NCBI GenBank assembly: GCA_009103225.1
Contig: RHPI01001965.1
Coordinates: 449,114-513,113, forward strand
DNA from: Chlorokybus atmophyticus
Taxonomy: Eukaryota; Plantae; Mesostigma and Chlorokybus algae
DNA: 64,000 nt
Reading direction: 5' to 3'
Within the stretch, counting starts at the first letter, position 1, and every line of letters begins with the position of its first letter. Shown one piece after another: positions 1 to 9,981 of the stretch. The notes under the pieces were generated by a model. The model did not search any database. It was not told the origin of the DNA and saw only the letters and a program-made list of their open reading frames with translations. Position numbers and translations under genes: made by a program.

Positions 1-23
1 TGTAAATACATATATACACGGCT

Positions 24-550
24 TGTAACGGGAGCAATAATAATAGGGGTATTATTGCTACCTAAATAACACATTTTGTATGAATAAGTATTTAAATATG
101 CTTATTTATACCTCTTTTCTACGGTTCCTCGCTTATTAAAGGCTATGATGCTTTATCATAGCTTAAATAAGTCCCAATGGGTGTAGAACCGCTTATTCAA
201 GCCTATTTAGTGTCACATTTGATATAATGTGATCACTATCTCGTTAGGTACCTTACGATAGGTATCTTTGGATAGGTACCTTATTGATAGGTACCTTATC
301 TGAGCTGTGATTGGCTCACGCTAGATTTCCTAACTACCCTATCTGTAGGGTCGATGTCTAGTTGTGAGTTAATTATCGAGAGGTATATAGTTGATATACT
401 CTTGATATAAAAGGTCACATCAATCTAATGTGGGGACTTTTGAGTTCTCTGCTCAGTGGCGGCCACGCCGTAAGAAGGCTTGTCATAGGCGGTGTGGGTG
501 TTGGGGTAGAGGATTGAAGGGGCATCACCGGCGACGGTGGTGCTATTACA
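24..550 (+). repeat. 5' LTR
   Basis: TGTAACGGGAGC...TATTACA; about 11 substitutions versus 7061-7587 by eye (~98% identity). Confidence 0.97.
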
Positions 551-551
551 T

Positions 552-565
552 TGGTATCCAGGAGC
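552..565 (+). promoter_or_regulatory. Primer binding site (tRNA-iMet type)
   Basis: TGGTATCCAGGAGC right after the 5' LTR; resembles the canonical TGGTATCAGAGC. Confidence 0.8.
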
Positions 566-1132
566 TGGAGGGTGACGTGGGTACTTATAGGGGGCGGCGA
601 CCTGCTTTCGGCCAATAAAAAGGCGTCGGCGGCGGCCTCCCATTCGTCCACGCAGCTCAAGCTTCAAGTTCGCTTCCCTGCGCTACCTCAACGTTGAAGC
701 CACCTATCAAAGAGGCGGCCTCTCCACGTGTGAGGTACCATCACACACGTCGGTGACTTGCCTGCTTGCCTGCTTGTCAGCTGCTTGCCAGGTGCTTGCC
801 AGGTGCACGTGTGTACTTTTACACACAGTGACTTGCCAGTGCACTATCATTGCTTGCAGTGAATGCCTGTCATTGCATGCGGTGATTGCGGCTTGCTGTG
901 TGCCATCACTGTTTGTCATACTTAGTGCACTATCATTGCTTGCAGTGATTGCCTGTCATTGCATGCGGTGATTGCTTGTCATTGTGCTTGCCAGTGCATG
1001 TCACCATTAGTCACCGTACGGCTTGCCTGTTGCATGCCTGTGGCTTGCCTGTTGCATGCCTGTGACGTACCTGTGACCTGCCAGTGGCTTTGCCGGGTCG
1101 CTTGACCCGGGTCCGTAAGTTCCAAACCAAAC

Positions 1133-1310
1133 TGTTCCCAAACCCTCCCCCTCTGGCTTCGGCCTGGAGATCGGGACTTGGTTAGAACAGTTGTGGGAAG
1201 GTTCTAGGACATTCTGTTCCCAAACCCTGTTAGTCTGAAACCCTCCCCCTCTGGCTTCGGCCTGGAGATTGGGACTTGGTTGAGGACAACACAGGGTTAG
1301 GACATTCTGG
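1133..1310 (+). repeat. Tandem duplication in the retrotransposon 5' UTR
   Basis: AAACCCTCCCCCTCTGGCTTCGGCCTGGAGAT(C/T)GGGACTTGGTT occurs twice. Confidence 0.8.
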
Positions 1311-1559
1311 TCCCACTCAGACTTGTTCTGTTTGGTGACACTCCAGATCCAACCTTTCCTTATTTGCGACTGGTGTGGACTCTGTTTGGGACTTTTACAA
1401 CTTGAGGTCATTTTGATCCTCTCGTTGAACCTGGTCCATTGGTGAGGTTCTCACCATCCCATTCTGCCTGTTTTGCAGACAGACGGAAGAAAACTCGGTG
1501 CCCACCTCAAAAGGGGAGAGCTCGGAAAAAGAGCAACCTTCCCGTGAGGAGGAATTTTC

Positions 1560-2654
1560 ATGGAAGATATTCCGAATCCGGATGATGCACCTGATGAGTC
1601 TCAAGCTGCCAAAGCTGCGGAAGCTTCAGTGGATGATAGATCACCTTCTATATTTCCTGAGTTTTCTATTCACATGACACAGCAGGACTTGATGGAGCAT
1701 TTCCTTGGCACCTATGATCAGGACCCTCGTGAGGCAATTGTCTCACTCGTGAACTTTCTCTTCCTTTTGGCAGGAAAAGTTTCAAAGCTCACCACCTTTA
1801 TGGGGCGAGATTGGGAGGGGCAGATGGGTGAAGGCAAACGTGTTTTGAACATGGTCGAGCGTCTTCAACGTGCTGATAATGGTCCACCTGTTCAAGCTCT
1901 TGCTCGTCCTGCCGAGTTTATTCCCAACAAGCAAGCGGCCATCTTCGACTGGCTTGTGAAGCTGCGACACCATGTCAACTCCCTTCACATTTCTGAGGAG
2001 GGGAAATTGCGTGTAGCTGAGTTGCTGATCCCAAACGATGCTCTGGCAGAGTGGTACCGCCGTAAGCAACGGGATACAAACCTCGGGCGGGAAGTAAATC
2101 AGTTGTGCTCTTGTATGGAGCAGCGCTATGGTGGCGCAGATCCTGCCCAGGTTGCTTGCAACCAGCTGCACAACCTGCGTCAGAAAGGGCGTCCGGTTCA
2201 GCAGTATATCCAAGATTTTCAATCGTTTGTCAGCAAGATCAATGCTGGCAAACTACCTATCAGTGATGCTGATCAGCTGGATATGTTCAGGCGTGGCTTG
2301 GACACAGATCTCGTGCAGCATGTGGCCGTCAACCCCGCGAGTTTGCAAGAGTGGGCCTCGACGGATTTACCAATGCTGATGCAGATGGTTGCTGCTGTGG
2401 ACAGTGTAAAACGCTCTCACGCCAACATGCAAACCACGGCAAAAGAGGCAGCCCCGGTTTCAGCTGCAAAGCGCCCGGCCACTGGCAACAAACCTTTTGT
2501 GAAAAAGGCGAAACCATCTCATCCTGCTGGCCCCTACAATGCGGCCAAATCCATCATCACTTGCAGTTTCTGCAAGAAGACAGGTCATGGGGAGGCTAAG
2601 TGCTATGCAAAACAGAATGCACAGAAGGCCAAGCAGCAGAGAGACAAGAAATAG
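1560..2654 (+). CDS. gag: Gag with CCHC zinc knuckle
   Basis: 364-aa ORF; retrotransposon-gag-like core (LHNLRQKGRPVQQYIQDF) and knuckle CSFCKKTGHGEAKC. Confidence 0.93.
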   Translation: MEDIPNPDDAPDESQAAKAAEASVDDRSPSIFPEFSIHMTQQDLMEHFLGTYDQDPREAIVSLVNFLFLLAGKVSKLTTFMGRDWEGQMGEGKRVLNMVERLQRADNGPPVQALARPAEFIPNKQAAIFDWLVKLRHHVNSLHISEEGKLRVAELLIPNDALAEWYRRKQRDTNLGREVNQLCSCMEQRYGGADPAQVACNQLHNLRQKGRPVQQYIQDFQSFVSKINAGKLPISDADQLDMFRRGLDTDLVQHVAVNPASLQEWASTDLPMLMQMVAAVDSVKRSHANMQTTAKEAAPVSAAKRPATGNKPFVKKAKPSHPAGPYNAAKSIITCSFCKKTGHGEAKCYAKQNAQKAKQQRDKK

Positions 2655-3255
2655 GAATTGTCCGTGGTTGGTAGCTTAGTCGAGCAGAACGACTTTAAAA
2701 ACTCTGTACTTCTTGATAAAGTTTCCTCTCTTTGTGATGTATCAGATGTATTGACTGATATGAGCACACCACCTGTGTTGACAAATGCAAACGGTTGTGT
2801 TTTAATCAATGTCATTCTCTAAATTAGTAACTGCTGTTAAGCGCTTACACGAGTTGCAATTAGAACATGCTGTCACTGCATGTGTAGTTATCCCTCGATA
2901 TCATGGCCCATGGTCGCGATTGTTGAAAGGGGGAGAAGTCATCATGCAACTCTCACGCAAAGATACAGGAGCTTCACCGTTGCAAGTGATTTTTATCAAG
3001 TCTGCTACCAATCACGGCACTCCGACATTAGCTACATCTGATGGTTATTCAGTGCCACTCAAATGGAGATTTGAGAGTCAACTTATGGGTACACCATGTA
3101 CAGCATTGATTGATACTGGTGCAAACCATAACTTTGTTGAACATGCTTGGGTGAAACGTAATAACATTCCTTTCACACCAGTCACGTCATATGTACGTGC
3201 TGCTGGTTCCACTCTCAATGCAATGGGAGAGGTAAAAGGGCGTTTTGTTATTAAT

Positions 3256-3783
3256 TGTAAAGGTACATTAAATCACCACAAATCGACCATAAAGGCACCA
3301 AGTCTTTTGTGGTCGAGTGGGCTCTGAAATTGGTATCGGAGCTTGAGACCCGGGTTCGATTCCTGCCTTGCACACGAATTCCGCGATCGTTGTTTCTCGA
3401 TCCAATAACATCGTAAATGGTCACTTTATGAGTGCCATCATCGATGGGTCGCGACTTGCCTAATGGCAGTCGCGCCGAACTGACCAGTTCAGTCGGCGCG
3501 GCAGGGTGCGACCTGCCTATCGCGGCGACGCGACCTGTGGGGCCGGCAGCGGCGCGCTATGCGCGCGCTGACCGGTATGGGCCTTAATTGGCCGGTCCTT
3601 GGGTGGTGGGGCCGGTGACCGACCCTAAATCAGACCCCTGGGAAGATTCCCCAGCTGATGAGCGCCAGCTGCCGAGGACGTCAGCGTTCTTAAGTGGGGG
3701 GGAATGTAACGGGAAGGTACATTAAATCACCACAAATCGACCATAAAAGCACCAAGTCTTTTGTGGTCGAGTGGGCTGTGACA
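3256..3783 (+). mobile_element. TRIM-like non-autonomous LTR element nested in the protease
   Basis: LTRs 3256-3329 and 3705-3783, PBS TGGTATCGGAGC (3331), PPT AAGTGGGGGGGAA, perfect TTAAT TSD (3251-3255 / 3784-3788); removing it restores the frame KGRFVIN-GHKTRPAF. Confidence 0.93.
3310..3363 (+). promoter_or_regulatory. tRNA-like Pol III type-2 promoter in the TRIM
   Basis: A box TGGTCGAGTGG (3310-3320) and B box GGTTCGATTCC (3353-3363) at tRNA-like spacing. Confidence 0.7.
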
Positions 3784-6700
3784 TTAATGGCCATAAAACC
3801 CGACCAGCCTTCATCGTGGTGGATATTGGTATCCCCGGGGTGGATGTTGTTTTAGGGAAACAATGGCACATTGAAGCAGCTTTACAATTAGACTCTCGAG
3901 CCAATACGTGCACCCTTCGTAAAAGGAAACGTAGGATGACTTTAACAGTGTCTGTACTCGCACGTATACCTCGCGATAATGTTCCGCTCCTCTCTGCTAT
4001 GCAATTGAAACGTTGCATGCGTAAACGTGAGGAAGTATACTTACTGCACTTATGACAAGTGGAAACACTTGCTGAACAGGCTATTAGTGACCCTGTGGTG
4101 CAGTCACTTACGGAACAATACGCAGATGTATTTCAGGATGAACTCCCAGAGTTGCCTCCCGATCGAAACATACATCATACCATTCCGTTAGAGGAGGGGG
4201 CAAAGCCACCTTGGCGGCCTATATACAGGCGAAGTCCCTTAGAACACGCGGAGATGGAAAAACAGCTCAAAGAGTTATTAGACAAAGGTTTAATAACAAA
4301 GAGCATATCTCCTTTTGGTGCACCAATTTTGTTTGTGCCCAAAAAGAATGGCAAGCTACGCATGTGTATTGATTACCATGCGTTGAACAAGGTCACTGTG
4401 AAAAACAGATACCCTTTGCCTCGGATTGATAATTTGTTTGATAAGCTGTCAGGTGCAACAGTGTTCAGCACGCTGGATTTGACCAGTGGTTATCATCAAA
4501 TCAAAATCCACCCGTCGGATATACAAAAAACTGCATTTCGCACCCCACTAGGACACTTTGAGTATAAAGTGTTACCATTTGGGTTAACAAATGCACCGGC
4601 TACATTTCAGACAGCAATGAACGCGGTATTTGCTGATGAATTGTACAACTTTGTACTGGTATATCTAGACGACATTATTGTGTTCAGCAAAACCCGGGAG
4701 GACCACCACAGGCATGTGGAATTGGTTCTAGCTAAGTTACGCGAACACAAATTCTATGCCAACCTGTCCAAATGCAACTTTGCAAAGGATGAACTACCCT
4801 TTTTAGGGCATGTGATTGGCAAAGAAGGATTGAAACCAGATCCTCAAAAGGTGTGTGCGGTAAAGGATTGGCCACCACCCAAGGATGTACATCAGTTACG
4901 TGCTTTCTTGGGGCTAGCCAATTATTTCCGCAAGTTCATGCGAGCATATTCTGGCATGGCAAATCCTTTAACATCTTTACTAAAAAAAGATGTTAAATTT
5001 ATATGGACGGAGGCACACGAGGTTGCTTTTACACGCATTAAAGATGCATTAACACAAGCCCCTGTGTTAGCCTTCCCTGACCACACCAAGCCTTTTGTGG
5101 TGATCAGTGCCCCACCATTGGGTGTGGGGCAGTCCTTCTACAGGATGACAGACCATGTGCATATGAAAGCAGAAAGTTCATTCCTGCTGAACGTAATTAC
5201 ACAACCACTGAGCAGGAATTGCTCGGGGTGGTGCACGCGCTGCGCACATGGCGTTGCTACTTGGAAGGGGTGGAGTTTTCAGTGATTACTGATCACAACC
5301 CGCTCACATTCTTTCGTACGCAACAAAATCTGTCGAGGCGGCAAGCTATGTGGAATGAATTCATTTCTCGTTTCACTTTCACTTGGCAATACTGTCCGGG
5401 TCGCACCAATGTGGCGGATCCACTAAGTCGCAGCCCTGCTCTTTTGGCACCTACGCGCTCTCGAAGTACGCGTAATGTACAATAGCCTGAAGATCCTTTC
5501 TTAAAGGAAGTGTCCACAGGTTATAACTCAGATGATTGGTTTAGCAGTCAAACCAACTTGCAACAGCTTACTGCTACTAGCAATCTGTGGTATAAAGGGG
5601 AGCAGTTGGCAATTCCCAACTCGGGCGACTTGCGTAAGCAATGCTTACATTCAGTGCATGACCCGCCGTATGCTGGGCATTTGGGGAAACACAAAACACT
5701 CAAATCTGCGCAACAGTTATACTGGTGGCCGTCAATGTCAGCTGACGTGGATCAATATGTTCGCACATGTGACGTGTGTCAACGTAATAAGCCACTACGA
5801 CAAAAACAAGCGGGATTGCTTAAACCATTGGCAATTCCAGAACAAAAGTGGGATAGTGTCAGTATGGATTTAATTACTGACCTACCTGAAACAGCAGCTA
5901 AATACACTGCTATTGTGGTTTTTGTCGACCGTTTGACCAAAATGGTGCATTTTGCCTCGTGTTGCACAACTGTAAGTGCACGGGACTTGGCACATTTATT
6001 TGTGTCCACGGTCTTTCGCGTTCACGGTGTACCGCGTGAACTTGTCACAGATCGTGATCCTCGGTTTGTCTCCAAGTTTTGGCGAGAAGTTTGTGAATTG
6101 TTGGGGGTAAAACAAAGCATGTCGACTGCTTTCCACCCGCAAACGGACGGTCAAACTGAGCGAGCAAATTAAATACTGGAAGAAATGCTTCGCCACTATG
6201 TGGCTCCTAATCATGCTGATTGGGACAGGTACTTGCCAATGGCAGAGTTCGCTGTGAACAACGCGTGGCAGGAAAGTGTAAAGGAAACCCCATTTTTCTT
6301 AAATTATGGGATTCGCCTGAACACACTAGCGTCATTGCGTGTACCTCGCAATGCCCTGACTGTACCAGCGGCAAAGGAATTTGCCACTGATATGCAAGAA
6401 AATTTGGCTCGAGCCAAGCTGTGTCTGTCAGAAGCACAGGACAGGCAAAAAGCTTATGCTGATACACATCGAAAAATGGCCACTTTCGATGTTGGCGATA
6501 ACGTTTTGCTTAACGCAAAGAACATAACCATCAAAGGTACGGGTGCTCGCAAGTTGCTGCCCCGATGGTTAGGTCCATTCTCCATCACTGTTAGAGTTGG
6601 TACGCACGCTTATCGACTGCAATTGCCCCCAAGTGTGCGTATACACAACGTGTTCCATGTAAACTTGTTGAAACCTTACCGCTCAGACGGTAGAACACAG

Positions 6701-7047
6701 CCTCCACCACTGCCAGTTGAGGTGGACAGCGAGCTCGAATACGAGGTGGAAGCTATATTGAACCATAAGCTAAATAGTCGAGGACGCGCAACTCGCTATT
6801 TGGTGAAATGGAAAGGGTATGGCCCGGAACATAACAGTTGGGAGCCCGACAGGCATCTTACGCACTGCCGCGAGTTGCTTCGAGCTTATTGGGATTCATG
6901 TTCTGTCCCATAAACTGTGGGCTTGGTTTTATGACAGACTGGCAGTGCAGTTTCATTACCACCCTGTCATTTCCTGCTATCTCACTGGTTACAATTACTC
7001 GAGATCAAGCCTGATCAACTTGAGTTCAACGAGAACGTTGAAAACCT

Positions 7048-7060
7048 AAGTGGGGGGGAA
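7048..7060 (+). promoter_or_regulatory. Polypurine tract
   Basis: AAGTGGGGGGGAA abutting the 3' LTR. Confidence 0.9.
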
Positions 7061-7587
7061 TGTAACGGGAGCAATAATAATAGGGGTATTATTGCTACCT
7101 AAATAACACATTTTGTATGAATAAGTATTTAAATATGCTTATTTATACCTCTTTTCTACGGTTCCTCGCTTATTGAAGGCTATGATGCTTTATCATAGCT
7201 TAAATAAGTCCCAATGGGTGTAGAACCGCTTATTCAAGCCTATTTAATGTCACATTTGATATAATGTGATCACTATCTCGTTAGGTACCTTACGATAGGT
7301 ATCTTTGGATAGATACCTTATTGATAGGTACCTTATCTGAGCTGTGATTGGCTCACGCTAGATTTCCTAACTACCCTATTTGTAGGGTCGATGTCTAGTT
7401 TTGAGTTAATTATCGAGAGGTATATAGTTGATATACTCTTGATATAAAAGGTCACATCAATCTGATGTGGGGACTTTTGAGTTCTCTGCTCAGTGGCGGC
7501 CACGCCGTTGAAAGGCTTGTCATAGGCGGTGTGGGTGTTGGGGTAGAGGCTTGAAGGGGCATCACCGGCGACGGTGGTGCTGTTACA
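7061..7587 (+). repeat. 3' LTR
   Basis: Direct repeat of 24-550, ending TGTTACA. Confidence 0.97.
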
Positions 7588-8374
7588 CAGCTACCGTTAC
7601 CGGTATATTGTTGCAGCTGCATACAGTATACACACATATATGTATATACATATATATATATATATATGCGCAAGCCATAGATAGGCCGCGGGGTTGATCT
7701 TTGCAATGATGAGGTCATGAAATCATTAGGGTTTGTACCAGTGCAAAGTAATGATCGTAACACACACCTTGTAAAGTATACATTTGTGTACTGTAAATGG
7801 AATCGATCACAACGTACATGATGATGTGTATACCTTTAGCATGCAGCGTGAACGGATTTTTTTTATTGTCGCCGCGTCCTCAATTGCGTTGGGAGTTATA
7901 GCCGCATTGTTAATGATTTGGTTACAACTGTAATCACGATTTGCACATGCTTTTCTCACGACCTAACCTTTATTTACGTCAACGCCGGATCCTCAACGTT
8001 GTTGAGGATTCGGTGTTTACGATTGTCACCGGCGGAGTGCCATTTGTGACAAGTTGTAACAATATTTCGGCTACAGTCATAACATATACACGGATCCGCT
8101 GTGAAGTTGACAAAATCCGCAATTTATGTCCGGCATCATTTCAAAGTTGCGGATCTAGCCTGACTTGCCAAAACCCACTTCTACCGGTGTTATGGCATGA
8201 TTGTACGCTCCCAGCACGCTGCACACGTAACCTGAATTCAACATAAACGACACGAACGCATTCAGACTCGTGATCAGCTTATATCGATCCGCGACGTGCG
8301 TATGCAATCGTCAGCGCCATCGAGACTAGCCGCATTGTTCTTGTAAAAATGCAGCAACGCGGCGGGGCAGGAGG

Positions 8375-8552
8375 GCGAAACCTTCGGCCATTAGCGGCGG
8401 CGCAATTGAGATGACGGCCGCAACTACATTCACTGCTTAACACGTGTATCACTTGAGAGCGCTAGCGTTAACTATTAGCGTTAACCACTGGTGTTAGATG
8501 TTTGTTATGAGCAACTCGCCGGCCAATAGTTGGCGCCGACGAGTATTGCCCA
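8375..8552. repeat. Diverged copy of the ~180-bp unit at 28322-28733 (candidate DIRS terminal/split repeat)
   Basis: Shared blocks CACTGCTTAACACGTGTATCACTT and AGCAACTCGC(C/T)GGCCAATAGTTGGCGCCGACGAGTATTGCCCA. Confidence 0.85.
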
Positions 8553-8949
8553 TTGTACTACTTTGCACGCGATGAACAATTTACATTCCTCCTGTTAAAT
8601 AATTGTCCATACCTACAATTCAAGTTTGGCAAAAACATCGAAGCCATACAATGCGACGCATCCATCGTTATGAGTATGGTTGACGCGATGAACGTCTGTA
8701 AATGCATTCGACATTCTACCTCACCCTCCCAAGCATATATTGGTAGGAAAGAGTTGTAGATGTGCAGCCTAGTGCACTGTATTGCCAAAGTTGCAAATCA
8801 CAATATTTGTCATATGTTGTCTGACCGTGGTTGATCCCTTTGCAGATGAACTTTGCACAACGCTTGTAATATACTGCTAATGCTCAACGCACGGCACGCG
8901 CAACGGTTCGTCCTCTACAAGTAATTGGCTGCAATCTACGTAATCGAGC

Positions 8950-9275
8950 GGCGGCAGCGCTGCTGAAAGTGGAGCGCATCAGCCGCGCAGCTGTATCTAA
9001 TGACACCCGCCATTAACGCGGTCACGTTTGGCAAGACTTTATCAACTCCTTGCAACATTCATAGATCAACATTGCTGTTGCCAATGTCACCCCAGCTGCC
9101 GTCACAAGCTACATTGCTGGGCACTGGACCGACACACACACATTAACAAAGCTTGCATGACGTCGCAATATGTTTTCCCTGCCGGCCGACTAAATATTGG
9201 CAACGGCCGTGCACCTGAGGACGCTAATTTAGACTGTCGTGGCTCAGGCCACCTGTAATCTTGATACAGGGACCT
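8950..9275 (+). pseudogene. Decayed N-terminal part of a DIRS-type tyrosine recombinase
   Basis: One frame reads ...RAAVSNDTRH*RGHVWQDFINSL...ANVTPAAVTSYIAGHWTDTH, matching the pattern I recall for algal DIRS YR N-termini (ST..Y.R.W..F; TP.DV..Y...W...H); stops present. Confidence 0.55.
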
Positions 9276-9632
9276 AACAGTAACTTTCGTTACTGTAAGG
9301 CCCTTTTTGTTACAATTTAGTCTTTAACAGTTGACTTTGCCTAACTAACAGGCGCCTGTTAGTTACCCATCAGGCTCTATCAGGTGACTTTATAGAATAA
9401 ACAGGCACCTGTTAGTCACACACCAGGCCTTAACAAATGACTTTTTGTAATTTACAGGCAACTGTTAGTTACACATCAGGCCTTATTAGGTGACTACAAC
9501 TAATCAACGGGCACCTGTAACTTACACATCAGTCTTACCTAGGTGACTCAGCCTATGTGACAGGCACCTTCAGGTTACACACCAGTCCAGCGCAGGCGAC
9601 TAAGCCTAATTCACAAGCACCAACTAGGTAAT
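9243..9632. repeat. Degenerate 53-bp tandem array (~7 units)
   Basis: Units start at 9295, 9348, 9401, 9454, 9507, 9560 and 9613; consensus ACAGGCACCTGTTAGTTACACATCAGGCCTTA..AGGTGACT plus a variable tail. Confidence 0.88.
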
Positions 9633-9981
9633 TTTCGTCAAAATAAGGCATTCTTCAACAACTGAAGGTGACCAATGCCTAACTGTCGTCATATGTATTT
9701 GCATAGCTTGACTACACGCGACTGTCACTGACTTCCAGCATTGTTATGTGCCCGTGCTGTGTACATGTACCTGAAATGTGTACAGTGTCTCTCAGTCACT
9801 TGCCAAGGCTTGTGGTTCGATTATGTGACTCGAATGCAGTTCTGTTGTATATCATAGGGATGCAAGTATTGATGTGCATGAGCATAATGACGATTGACTG
9901 AGCTGGTTTAAGATGCACAACACTCAGTCACAAGAGCCTTGTAGCTATGTACACTACCAGCTAAACGGACTACCAACTGCG

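Larger units (their letters stand above)
2655..6913 (+). pseudogene. pol: Pol: degenerate Dam-like segment, aspartic protease (split by the TRIM), RT, RNase H, integrase, chromodomain
   Basis: LIDTGA protease motif; RT LPFGL and YLDD; RH continues after a frameshift near 5107 (TIGCGAVLLQDDRPCAYESRKF); IN HHCC plus SMDL/TDRD/QTERAN; chromodomain YEVEAIL...YLVKWKGYGPEHNSWEP; in-frame stops at 4053, 5483 and 6170. Confidence 0.95.
24..7587 (+). mobile_element. Ty3/Gypsy LTR retrotransposon, chromovirus type, full length but inactivated
   Basis: Two 527-bp LTRs (TG...CA), PBS, PPT and gag-PR-RT-RH-IN-chromodomain order; flanks CGGCT (19-23) / CAGCT (7588-7592) are a 4/5-matching TSD. Confidence 0.97.

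Noticed and set aside
3303-3375. Intact tRNA gene
   Set aside because: A and B boxes and a T-arm are present, but there is no acceptor or anticodon stem; the middle is LTR end plus PBS
7840-8350. Decayed type-II membrane/glycosyltransferase ORF (hydrophobic N-terminus, PTSTG)
   Set aside because: The stop density is what random sequence gives, and no further motifs support it
9243-9632. Possible CRISPR-like array
   Set aside because: The variable part is only ~11 nt, the units are degenerate along their whole length, no cas genes are present and the context is eukaryotic
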